Shown here piece after piece: positions 30,312 to 42,137 of a stretch of DNA of 64,000 nt (the stretch's first letter is position 1; the number at the start of each line of letters is the position of its first letter). The stretch lies in the NCBI GenBank assembly GCA_008690995.1, contig VRMN01000012.1, positions 310,001 to 374,000 of the forward strand, in the 5' to 3' direction. The position numbers were made by a program, and so were the translations under genes. The notes under the pieces were generated by a model, which made no database searches, was not told the DNA's origin, and saw only the letters and a program-made list of their open reading frames with translations. This stretch comes from Porphyridium purpureum (taxonomy: Eukaryota).

Positions 30312-31844
30312 TCTTGAAAAAAGAAAACACAAATCTTTCTGACCGGGACGCTTGGCGGACGGAGCGAGGCGAGATTTTTGTTTGGCGCCGTAGTCCTTGC
30401 TTGTGCCGTTGACCATCGACACCAGTCCCCACGGCATCTCGTCGTGGGCTGCGCAGTAGATGTGCATGAGCGCCATGACCCATTCCATGTCCTCGCAAAC
30501 AAAATTCAATCCCACATCTGCATCGCGCTCAGAGCCCTACATCAAGGTTCTCTGGTCCTGATCATTTTTCGATGTGTGACAAGATCGGCAGCTGCGTGCT
30601 TCCCATCTCGAATGGCACCTTCACGTCCACTTCTTACAAAAGCTCGACCACCAGGCCACTGCCGTGGCTCGAAACTCGGCACGATTTCCATGCCGAATCA
30701 CCGATGACCACCCATGCAGACAACTTTGCATATTTACGAAACACCCATTGCACCGTCTTGTCGCCCTGGTATATCGTCCTGTTTCTCCTTCTTCCAGAAA
30801 CTCCAAACTCCACCCATCCTATCTTCAGACGGAGCCAACACTCTGCGCACTCTGCTGTGCCCCACTTGAATCCGTCTCTCCACATAAAATGATGCCACAG
30901 CGCGTGACACGTTCTGCTCTGACACGTCAAGTTCTGTCGCTTGTAGGCAAATACGGCGGCCATTCGTCTGTATCTCACCCGGGTGACCTGCTCCCGATGA
31001 TTTGCTTTAGAATCCGCGTCACCCCGATGCACACGTACACACACGATGCTCGCCGATTTTCCATTCCTCGCATGCTCCGAACCACTCGCGCATTTTCGTT
31101 CCTTCACTGTCGGCATTGTTGGGTTCCGTTGTTATACTACCACGGTGCGTATCCTGAGGCAGTCTTGAGAGTGGGTAGCTGCGCGCGCCTTCCGTCACCC
31201 GCGCAGCTTGTAGGCCCCGGTCTCCCGTACCGAGTCAACTCCTTACCAGCTTCTTTTAACTCCATTCCTTTCTCTCAAGAGCATCTCTGCCTTGGTCCAC
31301 GCCCGGCAAGAAGCGGCGAGCTTCTATACCGCGCAGCCTGGCGAAGAATCTCTCATTGTGCCTGCACGGTTACAACGATGGCCGAGGAGAACCGCGCTCT
31401 TGGACCTTTCACACTCGCGGCGCTTCGGCGTGCCGATGTCGGATTGGACGGACGAACGTGCGTGGCAGTAGAACGGAGGCAACAGACTTTGTGTGTTGGC
31501 CGGCTGCCCAGAACTCAGTCACATCGGCTTCGCGATACAGAAACTCTCGAGCGCGCGCTCCACAATGAGCGACTCTCAGACACACAGCGCGTGCTTCAGC
31601 ACCTGCCGAGAACTTTTTTGTTTTGGTTTTTTGGGTCTCTGTTTAAATAACGAAAGCGAATATTAAAATATGTGGTTAAGAAAAAGAATACTTTAATCAT
31701 CAAGATGATAATAAATGCAATGTGGCATTCATAAAATGCGGCATTGTAATGTAATGCTGCATTGGCCAGAGCGCGGCGAACTCTTTTTTTTGTCGGAGAC
31801 GGCGGGGAGAGAGATTGACGGGGAGAGAGAGGAAGGGATGGGAG

Positions 31845-33365
31845 ATGGAATTGGCGTCCCGGTCGAGACAGCCAGGGCTCTTACACGAGCCGCCGTCACC
31901 GCCGCCGCCGCATGTGTTGCATGGGTATCGGTTGCGCGTGGATGAGGCGTTGTTGAGCAGTGATGCAAAGGCAGAGCCAGCGGTTGCCGGCGTGAAAGCA
32001 GAGCCAGCGGCTGCCGGTGTGAAGGCAAAGCCCAGTCAGCAAGGCGCGCGGACGAATTTGCGCGTCTTGGGTAAGGAGAAGGAGGCGCGGGATGCAGCCG
32101 CGGCGGCGGAGGACGAGCGTGGCTTGGCCGGCGCAGCGGGCGTGAGAGGAATGCTGCACACGGCGTGTGTTTTCGCGCAGGCGCCGAGTGACGTGCTGGA
32201 CCAGCGACTCGAAAAGGCATTACCAGGTAAAGCTGCGCGCTTTCACGCCGTGCGCGGTAACCAGTTTCGATTGGTCGCGGACGATACGCTGCAGGTGGTG
32301 TCGGTGCGAGGTAGTGAGGCTGTGACGCGTGGCGGCGGCGGCGCAGAGGTGGCATGGGCGTTGGTACAGGTGGATACAGTGGCCAAGGAGGCCTGCATTT
32401 TGCAAGAGGATGTTAATATTTGTGGTGTGCAGATGGTGCCGCACGAGCATCCACTCGAGCCTGCGCAGGAAGGCGAGGGTGCAGATCACACCAAGGACAA
32501 TGATGCCTTGTCGTTGCTGGCGAAAAGAAAGCTCGTGGACGCGATGCGGCCGAGCATGCAGAAGCGGCGCTCAAAGATCGCCGAGGCCGATCGCGACTGG
32601 GTTAGCAACGTCGACGCAGCCGAGCTGGTGCAAGGCGCACAGCATGCAGTGCAACATCAAGCCGCGGGCGGAGCGCCCGAGGCGTTGAGGGATGAGCTCC
32701 CTCCGCACGATCCCACGGCCAGGCACCGCATGAGCGCATACCCGCTCGCGGGGCTCATTGGTGAGCAGCATCTGGCGGACGTGAAAAAGCAGGCAGTTTA
32801 CGTGCTCAAGAACTTTGTGAAAAAGCGGCATGAATTGCACGAGAAGTATGCGGTTTTCTCGCCCTTCACCATGGAGCTCCTGAGCGCTCTTCTGGACAAG
32901 CAAGAGCACGACGAAGAGGCCCGTCGGAAGAAGCGCCACGCGACCGAGCAGGAGCGCGTGATGGCGTGCATGCATCTAGACAACCTGCTGCTGCTTCAGG
33001 CGGCGTTTGAAGAGCACGAGAAGAAAACCGACTCGATCGAGAGCGTTGCCGAGTGGTGTAATCGGCCCGTGGCGCTTGTGCGCCGGTTTTGCTCTTTATT
33101 TTTTGAGCGCCGCGATCACGACGCTGGCCGGCTCCGCCCGACGTCCAGCTCACGGCGCCGGTTCACAAATCACGTGCTTGTGAGCTGGCTCATCGCAAAA
33201 GACTTCCGCGGCCGGACTGCAGACATCGAGGCCGCGCTGTCACTCACACCCGCCGAGTGCGCGAAGCACCTGAAGCATCTCGGCTGCCAGGTCGCCAAGG
33301 GCGAGTTTAAACTGTCTGTTCCACTGACCTTCCCCGCCGTCAAGCTCCGCCACTCGCGCGGCTGA
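31845..33365 (+). CDS. RPA49: RNA polymerase I subunit A49/PAF53-like
   Basis: LPPHDPTA....AYPLAGLI motif and C-terminal HLGC...LSVPLTFP, typical of A49. Confidence 0.75.
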   Translation: MELASRSRQPGLLHEPPSPPPPHVLHGYRLRVDEALLSSDAKAEPAVAGVKAEPAAAGVKAKPSQQGARTNLRVLGKEKEARDAAAAAEDERGLAGAAGVRGMLHTACVFAQAPSDVLDQRLEKALPGKAARFHAVRGNQFRLVADDTLQVVSVRGSEAVTRGGGGAEVAWALVQVDTVAKEACILQEDVNICGVQMVPHEHPLEPAQEGEGADHTKDNDALSLLAKRKLVDAMRPSMQKRRSKIAEADRDWVSNVDAAELVQGAQHAVQHQAAGGAPEALRDELPPHDPTARHRMSAYPLAGLIGEQHLADVKKQAVYVLKNFVKKRHELHEKYAVFSPFTMELLSALLDKQEHDEEARRKKRHATEQERVMACMHLDNLLLLQAAFEEHEKKTDSIESVAEWCNRPVALVRRFCSLFFERRDHDAGRLRPTSSSRRRFTNHVLVSWLIAKDFRGRTADIEAALSLTPAECAKHLKHLGCQVAKGEFKLSVPLTFPAVKLRHSRG

Positions 33366-35149
33366 GGCCGCGGCGTCGTAGTATAGTGTTTGGTATTGTA
33401 CAAAAGAAGCACGCAGACAGCGAGTGTGCGCATCAGGCTGTAAACAGACCGCGGCTGACGGAGATTTGAAACGTGAATGTGGAACTGTCGTGATAGAGCT
33501 GGGAGCCGCACGGCTGCTCGCTTAACTGAAGAAGATACATCCGCAATTCCAAAGCACAGGCCCATCGATACGTTCTCTCCGACCAGGCGCCCGTCTTTTC
33601 TCTGAGCCCGCCGACCCTTCTCCGTTTGTCTCGCGTCATCCGAAGGTGTCTCCAATTTACGACGCACTGCGTTGAACATTCCACCGAAGTCACCTCGCGA
33701 TGCTTGTAAGCCGAGCAGACAAAAAAAAATTACCCAATCCAAAATCTTTGGCATGTATCGCATACGCGCATCTCTGAGATACACTCTTTCAGACATTATG
33801 CATCTGTGAGTTCAACTTGCGTATCTCACTGACACTTCCGTCGTACCCGTTCGCGGAAGAAAAGAAAATTGCCCCGTGCGAATTAAACCACACAGGCAGC
33901 GTGGTGTCCAACAGCGCCCAGCGCCCTCCAAGCACACATCCTCGAGCAGCTGTAACCGGCTGCTCATGTCTGCACCGGAGCCCTTCGTGCATCGCGATGA
34001 ACCCCAACATCACCTGCGTTTCCCCCGGCCGCGAGCTGGTATTCCCTTTGTCCAGCCACAATCGCATTGCCAAACAGGAGGCTCACCAGCCGCCGCCGGC
34101 CTTCATACCAACCGAGGCCTCGCTTTCTGCTACTGACATCACGGCAAGCGACTGCCAAAGCCCAAAGCCCACGAGCCTCCATTATCTCACCCCTCGTCCT
34201 TTCCCCCGCTGCCGCTCTCGTTGGAGCGACTGTCTTGCCTTTGCGCAAACGCCCTTGAACCATGAAGCTTGCAACTCCATTCAGTTCACACGGCAAGCAA
34301 GCACAGAACAGACCCGCGCGCACGCAGACGCCGCGATTGTCGCTGACGCGCACCAAACCGAGAGACTCGTCCGCATTCCGCGCCGTCTACCAGACAGCCG
34401 ATGAACGCTGTCCGCCGCAGCACATCACGCGCACAACGCGCACAAAGACTCGACTGCCCCGCGTCCCGCGCACAACAATGACACGCAACTCCTACCGTCC
34501 TCGCATCTCCTGCGCGCGCCGCCCGCACACCTCTGCCATTCCCTCCACCCAGAGACCCACACCCCACGTTTCGTTCCTCCTCAACCGGAATGCCTTATCG
34601 GCTCCTCATCGGCTCGGCGCCGTTTCGGTCCTGTTCCTTATCGGCTCGGCTCGGGCTCGGGCTCGGCTGGGCTCAGTTCGGTCCGGGTCCTTATCGGTTC
34701 CTTATCGGTTCCTCATCGGTTTTCTATGGGCTCTCTATGAGCTATTTAGCAGCGGCTGCTCGGTTGGTTCATCGGTTGGTTAATCGGTTACTTATCGGTT
34801 TGTGATTAGTTGGTATCTGGTTTGGCGTCTTGGGCTCTCTTGCGTCTCACCGTGTTTCGTGCTTCCACGCACGACCGCATTGCTGCATCGCCCGCACACA
34901 CGCACGCCTCCCCGCCAACCAACAGGAACCCACGCATGCAGCCGCCATCCGCGCTCTCCCTCGCATCACCACAGCACCGCTCCTCTCCCACCCCCCCGGA
35001 ACGATACCTTGTACCCACCCACACGCCACGTTCCCACCTCGCCTCCCGCGTCCCCCCTCCCCACCTCACCCACAAATCTTTCTCCACCAACCGAACCCAC
35101 CATCCCTGATTCCGAACTCCCGCCCACAAGCACGTCTTGTATAAATCTA

Positions 35150-35467
35150 CTAGTACCAGCAGTAATAGTAGATAGTAGTAGTAGATAGTAGTAGTAGATA
35201 GTAGAGTAGATAGTAGAGTAGATAGTAGTAGTAGATAGTAGTAGTAGATGGTAGTAGTAGATGGTAGTAGTAGATAGTAGTAGTAGATGGTAGTAGTAGG
35301 TAATAGTAGGCAGTAGTAGGCAGTAGTAGTAGGCAGTAGTAGTAGGCAGTAGTAGGCAGTAGTAGTAGGCAGTAGTAGTAGTGGGTAGTAGTAGTGGGTA
35401 GTAGTAGTGGGTAGAGGTAGGTAGGAGTAGGTACTAGTCATACTACTAGGTAGTAGTATGTAGAAGG
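35150..35467. repeat. Imperfect (AGT)n microsatellite with AGAT/AGGC interruptions; it resumes at 36913-36957
   Basis: Read directly from the sequence. Confidence 0.9.
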
Positions 35468-35469
35468 TA

Positions 35470-36911
35470 AAGTGCGACCAGAATGGATAGGACCCCCCAC
35501 AATTTAATACTCAATTTCAGAGTTTTATATTAAAAATAAAGTGTTTTAGTATGAAAAGGACAAGAAACGGAAGAAGGGCATGGAAAAAGGACAAAAAAGA
35601 GGGTCAAATAGGATAGGACCCCCAACTTTGTGCGTGCAATTGCGCAGCAAGGCGCAGGCGAAATCGACTCGGATTGCCTCCCACCTGTGCACGCTGACGT
35701 TGCGCACATCTCCACATTCGATTTTCCACTGACAAATGCAGTATGTTGAAGCTAGCCAGCTCAACAGCGCCTTGCGCAGCAAAAACAGCACTCTTCAGCC
35801 GGTCCACGGTCGCGTACTGCCTTTGGTCCCCAATAATCTTGCGGTCTGTGTTCCTCAGACGTGGGCAACCATGCTGAAGTCTGAAAATCACTCAAACCAC
35901 TCCAAAATGTGGACATTGCTGCTTCGAAAATGCTGCCTTCTTGGTCAGTAGATTTCCGCTTCGTATTTTCTTTCACCCACATGAAGCCATGGTTCTCTGA
36001 AGCCCGGCGTTTCTGAAGCATCCCTTTGTCATACAACATGCGCACGTACCTATCTGCACTCACTCTGCCTTCACCAATGTGCAAATACAAACATTTACAG
36101 CTCAAACTTTTTGCCCCAGATCATGATGCTTCCCCCGAAGTATAATTAGACCAGCATGAATGAGTATCATGCACCTCATTTGACCATGCGGCGTGAAAGA
36201 CATCTGAGCACATCGAAATCGAACCTTTTCTCGTCAGAAGAAACAATCTTCTTTCACTTTTCACGAAACGACGTTTGAGCTCTGGCACAATCAAGTCTTG
36301 CTAGCTTTCGGTCGAGTGTCAAAAGACAGATTATTCACCACACGATGGAAGGCATATTGCTGGTGCATTGCGCTCCGGACTGTGGTCCATGATGCAATTT
36401 TGTTCCTCCGCAGGAGCAGATCCTCGGCTAGTAGTCACGCTTTTTGAAAAGCTCGCTCAAACTTTCACTGTTCGTGATCCTTTCGACAACGGCCGGCGTG
36501 AGCTTAGACGGGTTGGTGGAAGTGTACCTGAGACTGTAGGCATCAGTACCTGCTGAGAAGCGGCGAATTGCGCTACCGGGGCGGTTTATCTTACGCGATA
36601 TTCCCTACAGAGCGTCGCATGCTGCTTTGAAGGCCAAAACGTCCCTTTTTTCGCGCTCTGAGAGTCCGCATTTGCGTCGCATGGTACCTGAGCGATTGTG
36701 TCGCACATGAGCGCACACGAAGATCAAAATTCGTGCCGCCTGTCCACGCGCAGCCTTGGATTGTCGCTGATATTGTTCCCGGTCCTATCCTTTTTGTGCG
36801 CGCTTTTCACTGTACCTCCAGTGGAAAACACCGCCTTACATAGTAAAACGATCGAATTTATTATAAAGTCCAGAAAAATTTGGGGGGGTCCTATCCTATT
36901 TGTCCGCACTT
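35470..36911 (-). mobile_element. Decayed Tc1/mariner (IS630-Tc1-mariner) DNA transposon
   Basis: 36-nt imperfect TIRs (29/36 identical) at 35470-35505 and 36876-36911; TA on both flanks; inner repeats at about 35605-35623 and 36781-36791; transposase relic inside. Confidence 0.9.
35800..36520 (-). pseudogene. Tc1/mariner DDD/E transposase pseudogene
   Basis: Minus-strand fragments PSKLTPAVVERI, *KKIVSSDEKRF, FGGSIMIWG, VSADRYVRML and AWLPTSEEHRPQDYW, broken by stops and frameshifts. Boundaries are approximate. Confidence 0.85.
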
Positions 36912-37379
36912 TAGTACTTAGTAGTAGATAGCAGTAGTAATAAGTAGTAGTAGTAAGTGGGAGTGAAAAGGGGGGATCAAGCGTGTGTGCAGTAAAACGG
37001 GGGTGTTTATGTAGTAGACGGAGAGTCGCGGGTGGTCTACGGAAGAAGGGGTAGACGGTGCGTGGGGAAGGGGAAGGGGGAGTAAGTCCGACGAGGGTGT
37101 TTTGTGATTTCTGGTGATACTGGGACGGGAGGGTTGGTTGGTGGATGGATGGGGGGAAAGAGAAGAGGAAGGAGGGTGGGGTAACAGGGGAGAGAGAGAG
37201 AGAGGATTGTGTGTGACGGTGTGTGTGGGGTGGGTTGGGGAGGATGATGCGGATGGGGTTGCGGGGTGGTGCGCCAGCTGGCGCGCGGCGGCGGCGCGTG
37301 GCGAGCGGGGCGCGATGGGCGCGGTGGCGGGCGCGCACGCGGCGCGGCGGTGCATGCGTCGCCGCGCGCGCGCGCGGGC

Positions 37380-38906
37380 ATGGGCTCGGCGGAGATCGCG
37401 TCGATTCTCGAGGAGCGGCTGAAGAACTACGTCGCGGACACCGGCATGGAGGAGGTCGGCAAGGTGCTCTCCATTGGCGACGGCATTGCGCGCGTGTACG
37501 GCCTGCAGTCCGTCAAGGCGGGCGAGATGGTCGAGTTTGCGTCCGGCATGAAGGGCATGGCGCTCAACCTCGAGACAGATAACGTCGGCGTCGTCGTGTT
37601 CGGCAGCGACAGAGATATCAAGGAGGGCGACATTGTGAAGCGCACCGGCTCGATCGTCGACGTCATGGCCGGCATGGGCATGGTGGGCCGCGTCGTCGAC
37701 GCGCTCGGCGACCCGATCGACGGCGCGGGCCCGATCACAAACGCGGAGCGCGTGCGCGTCGAGGTCAAGGCGCCCGGCATCATGCCCCGCATGGGCGTGC
37801 ACGAGCCCATGCAGACGGGCCTCAAGGCCGTCGACGCGCTCGTGCCCATCGGGCGCGGCCAGCGCGAGCTGATCATCGGCGATCGCCAGACGGGCAAGAC
37901 CGCCGTGGCCGTGGACACGATCATCAACCAGAAGGAGGCGTTTCTGGCGGGCGACAAGAAGAAGACGCTGTTCTGCATCTACGTGGCCATCGGCCAGAAG
38001 CGGTCCACGGTGGCTCAGATCGTCAAGACCCTGGGCGAAAAGGGCGCCATGCAGTACACCACCGTGGTCGCCGCGACGGCGTCCGACGCCGCGCCGCTGC
38101 AGTTCCTGGCGCCGTACTCGGGCTGCGCGATCGGCGAGTACTTCCGCGACAACGGCATGCACGCCGTGATTATCTATGACGATCTGTCGAAGCAGGCCGT
38201 GGCGTACCGCCAGATGTCGCTGCTGCTGCGTCGCCCGCCCGGCCGTGAGGCCTTCCCGGGGGACGTGTTCTACCTCCACTCGCGCCTGCTGGAGCGCGCC
38301 GCCAAGATGTCGGTCGCCATGGGCGGCGGCTCGCTCACCGCGCTTCCGGTGATCGAGACCCAGGCCGGAGACGTGTCGGCGTACATTCCGACCAATGTGA
38401 TTTCGATTACGGACGGCCAGATCTTCCTGGAGTCTGAACTGTTCTACAAGGGCCAGCGCCCAGCGATCAACGTGGGTCTGTCCGTGTCGCGCGTCGGCTC
38501 GGCCGCGCAACTGAAGGCCATGAAGCAGGTGTCTGGCTCGATGAAGCTGGAGCTCGCGCAGCATCGCGAGGTGGCAGCGTTTGCCCAGTTCGGTTCCGAT
38601 CTGGACGCCGCCACGCAGCAGCTGCTGAACCGCGGCGATCGTCTGAACGAGCTGCTGAAGCAGGACCAGTACGTGCCCATGCAGCCAGAAGAGATGGTTG
38701 TGCTCTTGTACGCCGGCGTGCGCGGCTTCCTCGACAAGGTGCCTGTCAAGGCGCTCGCCAAGTTTGAGACCGAATATCTCGCATACATGAAGTCGTCCAA
38801 GTCGGCGCTGCTCGAAACCATCAAGAAGGAGGGCAAGCTCACCGACCAGACCGACGGCGACATCCGCACCGCGCTGCTTTCCTTTATGGAAACGTTCCAG
38901 GCCTAA
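37380..38906 (+). CDS. ATP1: Mitochondrial F1 ATP synthase subunit alpha, nucleus-encoded (presequence upstream appears frameshifted)
   Basis: [14 protein letters not shown], Walker [41 protein letters not shown] presequence-like ATG at 37244 is out of frame. Confidence 0.95.
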   Translation: MGSAEIASILEERLKNYVADTGMEEVGKVLSIGDGIARVYGLQSVKAGEMVEFASGMKGMALNLETDNVGVVVFGSDRDIKEGDIVKRTGSIVDVMAGMGMVGRVVDALGDPIDGAGPITNAERVRVEVKAPGIMPRMGVHEPMQTGLKAVDALVPIGRGQRELIIGDRQTGKTAVAVDTIINQKEAFLAGDKKKTLFCIYVAIGQKRSTVAQIVKTLGEKGAMQYTTVVAATASDAAPLQFLAPYSGCAIGEYFRDNGMHAVIIYDDLSKQAVAYRQMSLLLRRPPGREAFPGDVFYLHSRLLERAAKMSVAMGGGSLTALPVIETQAGDVSAYIPTNVISITDGQIFLESELFYKGQRPAINVGLSVSRVGSAAQLKAMKQVSGSMKLELAQHREVAAFAQFGSDLDAATQQLLNRGDRLNELLKQDQYVPMQPEEMVVLLYAGVRGFLDKVPVKALAKFETEYLAYMKSSKSALLETIKKEGKLTDQTDGDIRTALLSFMETFQA

Positions 38907-39152
38907 GCCAGTGATTGAAATCGGGCGGGGTCCGCACGTCGAGGCTCGCGGCGACAAGCCGTTGTTTCGTCCTTCTTTCCTGGGCGCGCCCCACAATCTG
39001 CGGCCTTTTTGTTTATCTAATCTAAAATCGGTTTCTTTCCAAGTTGAGCTTGTGTCCATCTCGTCGCGGTCGGCGTCACACGCGTGCCCGAGCGCCGACA
39101 ACGCGGGAGCGTGGATGTGCATGCCTGCGCGTCCAACTCGCCACGCCCGAAT

Positions 39153-39797
39153 ATGATCCGCACCGCGCTGCGCGCAGCGTCGTGGGTGCCCGTGGGCGTC
39201 ATGTTCGGCACGATGTTTGGCACGGTGCAGCCCGTGCACGGACACAGCATGGCCGGCACGTTCGAGCCGCACTCAGATTTGGTGCTGGTGAACCGGTTTG
39301 CGTTCCGGAGCCAGCGCGCGCCGCTGCAGCGCGGGGAGGTGGTCGTGATGACAGACCCGCAGGATCCTCGAGCCTCCATTGTCAAGCGCGTGGTGGGGTT
39401 GCCAGCGGACGAGATTGTGCTGCGGGACGAGGACGACGACAACGACGAAGACGATGACAACGACGCCCTGTCGGCGCGAAACGCAGACAGGCCACCCACC
39501 AGGATCGACGATGACGAGTCGTTTGTGATCTCGCAAGCAAACGCAAGCCGATTGTACGAGGTGCCGCGCGGCTGCATGTGGGTCGAGGGCGACAACAAGC
39601 GTGCCTCTGTAGACAGCCGGCGATTTGGCGCCATACCACAGGCACTCCTGCAGGGTCGTGTCGAGGCCATTGTGTGGCCACCGTCCAGAATGAAATGGCT
39701 CTCGGCCGAGCCGGACCTCAGCCGTGTCGTCATCTCTGAAGTTGGCCTCTTTGTTCCTCTGACCGACGCAAAGCATACGGGTCCAAGTTCACAGTGA
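39153..39797 (+). CDS. IMP2: Mitochondrial inner membrane peptidase subunit (S26 family), IMP2-like
   Basis: SWVPV, GHSM (catalytic Ser), IVKRV (catalytic Lys), WVEGDN...SVDSRRFG, IVWPP. Confidence 0.85.
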   Translation: MIRTALRAASWVPVGVMFGTMFGTVQPVHGHSMAGTFEPHSDLVLVNRFAFRSQRAPLQRGEVVVMTDPQDPRASIVKRVVGLPADEIVLRDEDDDNDEDDDNDALSARNADRPPTRIDDDESFVISQANASRLYEVPRGCMWVEGDNKRASVDSRRFGAIPQALLQGRVEAIVWPPSRMKWLSAEPDLSRVVISEVGLFVPLTDAKHTGPSSQ

Positions 39798-39938
39798 GAC
39801 CGGGCGCGGAGAGTGAATACGAACTAGTATGCGAGCATGCGTGCGCACGTGCTGGACAGCAAGGTCTGTGCAGGCGGAGATCAGCACCGTCGATGAGCAA
39901 AAGTTAGTCACTGTATTTTCAACAAGTCTTTGTACAAT

Positions 39939-42137
39939 CTACGTCGTGGTGGTATACTTGCTCGACGGGTTGCTGATACTGACTGTGAGGTCATATTGAG
40001 AGTCCGCCTGCCCGCCTCCATTCACATCAATGGAGTTGAAGCGAAGCGAAGAAGTGAGTTCCGTGCGCACACGCGACGTGGACAATGCGTCCGGATGAGC
40101 TTCTTCGTCTGCACCAGCTCCGGGAACTCCGCCGTCAGCCGCGCTCGATGCATTCAGCGAAGATGTGACAAGATTAGCCGTGGGCATATGGCCAAAGTTT
40201 TGGTCCAAGCGCTCGTCGTCCGCCACAACGTCCTTTTCAGAAGCATGCGCGGACTCGTCCATATAGTCGAGCATGCGCGAAAAGTTCTTCATACCTTCGA
40301 TTTTCTTCTCCCGCTTTTTGTACCGCGGCATATGGAGCACAGGCGCTTTGTCAAGCACGCGGTACCCGAGTCCGTCATTCAGCACCAACGCCGCTTGATC
40401 ACGTTGCTCCTGTTGCCTTCGTATTTCACCCTGGCGACCAAGCATATCAATCACCTGGAACTCTGACGCTAGTTCGTGTAATTTCCTTGCACGCTGCTGC
40501 CGTGAATTCACGGCCATGCCTTCGCGCTTTGCCAAAAACCACTCGCCGCTGACGGGATCTTGTGAAAGGTAAAGTGAGCCGTCGTTTGCCACAGAGAACG
40601 TCTCTGTGCGCCCAGAGTCAACGCGCTTTTCGCCGTGGTGTCCGGCTTCCTCTATATGATGCACATACTCGAGCGCTTGCGCCACTTCCGCTTGCGTGAA
40701 ACCACAGCCCTTTGCCGCTGCCTCCTCGCGCAGCACGGGCAGCTTTCCGGTCGATTTTCGGACGGCCGCCGTGCCCTTGGAGCCCGACGCCGACTTTGGC
40801 GATTCTGGCGACAAAGCGCCCGACCCTGAAGACTCAGAAAGCAAGTAAGCAGCTGCGGCTTCGGCCAAGGGGCGAGGCGAGCGGGGCGAACGAGGCGAGC
40901 GAGGCGAGCGAGGCGACACTGCGCGCGCGACAGCCGCCACGGCTTCCTGTTCACCGCTTGGAGCCGCTGTGGCTACGACAGCTTGCGATGAGCTGTGAGG
41001 GGGACGGGACGCGCGCGCCACCTGGTTTTTGAGCGCTTCGAATACCGACTTGATGTGCAGAGGCGATGTGGTCCCGCCCCGAGACCCAGGCTCGGGCGAG
41101 CGGCACCCACTCGACTGCATCCCTTCGCTGCTCCCGCCGCGCGAGCTCGTCCGGTTCGTGAGACTTCCTCGTGTTGAGTGCCTGCCGGGCGAAAACGGCG
41201 AGCTCTGCCGCCGCCACGGAGACAGTAGCGGTGTCTTAGACCCGCCGGCGCTGGTCGTGCCTCTGTCTGCAGAAGCGCCTGGACCGGACATTTCTCGGTC
41301 CGAGCTTTCGAGCGTCAGGGCAGAAACGGCCTTTTCACCGTGCCCTAATCGGCCGCTGTCGAGTGACCATGGCCCCGTGTGTCCTGTCCATTGCTCTGTC
41401 TGCGGCTGTGCCTGAAGATGGCTGTGGTGATTCTTGTTGCCGCCCAAACTGAGACTGGGAATGCCGGTATGCTGGAAGAAGCGCGCCGTTTTGGAAGTCT
41501 TCGGTGAGTTTGGCGATAAGGCGGGCGAGTTTGCAGTGACGCCGCGCGGCGTCAACACTGGACTGGCCGGCTGCACAGCATACTCGCCCGCAGTTGTTCG
41601 CGGCGAGCTGCGCGGCGCGTTCGACAGCGCTCCCGGTGGTCCCGGAGCGGAGCCAACCTGGATTTCATGTTGTGTTGCGGCCCTCTCCTCCTCTGCTGGC
41701 GCATTCTGCGACGGTGCCGGTTGCTGTTGGACCTGCGAACCCTGCCCGTGTCCGCGCGGTGAAAAAAGGTTCTTCCAATTCTCAACAACCGTGCTCCCCG
41801 CCGTACCGGCGCCCAAAGACTTTTTCTTCTCCATCCCGCGTGGCGACTGCGCATGATGGTGATGGTGTTGTTGTTGAGGCGCGGGCGCTGACCCTGCCGC
41901 GCCGGCAGCCCGCTCCTTATGTCTCTCTGCGCTTGAGCCTCTGCGAGGCGACTTGATATGTGAACCCGGCGGCGCATTAGAGTTCCCCCGCGGCGACTGG
42001 ACTTTTACACCCCACACCGAGGGTTTTTTCTTTGGCCGCGCGGATACCGAAGGCGTTGCCGTCGAGCCCGTGCTGCTATTCGTATTTGTCCGCGGCGACG
42101 CAGGCGTCGTTCTCGCGGCGGTCGTACTCGCTTCCAT
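39939..42137 (-). CDS. Large disordered Ser/Pro-rich protein with many SPR motifs; function unknown
   Basis: 732-codon ORF from ATG 42137, low complexity, with a purine-rich leader upstream on the same strand. Confidence 0.65.
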   Translation of the reverse strand: MEASTTAARTTPASPRTNTNSSTGSTATPSVSARPKKKPSVWGVKVQSPRGNSNAPPGSHIKSPRRGSSAERHKERAAGAAGSAPAPQQQHHHHHAQSPRGMEKKKSLGAGTAGSTVVENWKNLFSPRGHGQGSQVQQQPAPSQNAPAEEERAATQHEIQVGSAPGPPGALSNAPRSSPRTTAGEYAVQPASPVLTPRGVTANSPALSPNSPKTSKTARFFQHTGIPSLSLGGNKNHHSHLQAQPQTEQWTGHTGPWSLDSGRLGHGEKAVSALTLESSDREMSGPGASADRGTTSAGGSKTPLLSPWRRQSSPFSPGRHSTRGSLTNRTSSRGGSSEGMQSSGCRSPEPGSRGGTTSPLHIKSVFEALKNQVARASRPPHSSSQAVVATAAPSGEQEAVAAVARAVSPRSPRSPRSPRSPRPLAEAAAAYLLSESSGSGALSPESPKSASGSKGTAAVRKSTGKLPVLREEAAAKGCGFTQAEVAQALEYVHHIEEAGHHGEKRVDSGRTETFSVANDGSLYLSQDPVSGEWFLAKREGMAVNSRQQRARKLHELASEFQVIDMLGRQGEIRRQQEQRDQAALVLNDGLGYRVLDKAPVLHMPRYKKREKKIEGMKNFSRMLDYMDESAHASEKDVVADDERLDQNFGHMPTANLVTSSLNASSAADGGVPGAGADEEAHPDALSTSRVRTELTSSLRFNSIDVNGGGQADSQYDLTVSISNPSSKYTTTT

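Noticed and set aside
30400..31650. ORFs 30664-31650 (+) and 30634-31116 (-)
   Set aside because: No recognisable domain; could be a decayed gene but cannot be supported.
33400..34600. Short ORFs between RPA49 and the CGGTT cluster
   Set aside because: No motif and no consistent frame; left uncalled.
34806..35441. 211-aa Tyr/Leu/Thr-rich ORF
   Set aside because: Translation of the AGT microsatellite.
36918..39272. 784-aa antisense ORF over ATP1
   Set aside because: Shadow ORF produced by the strong GC3 codon bias of ATP1; no recognisable motifs.
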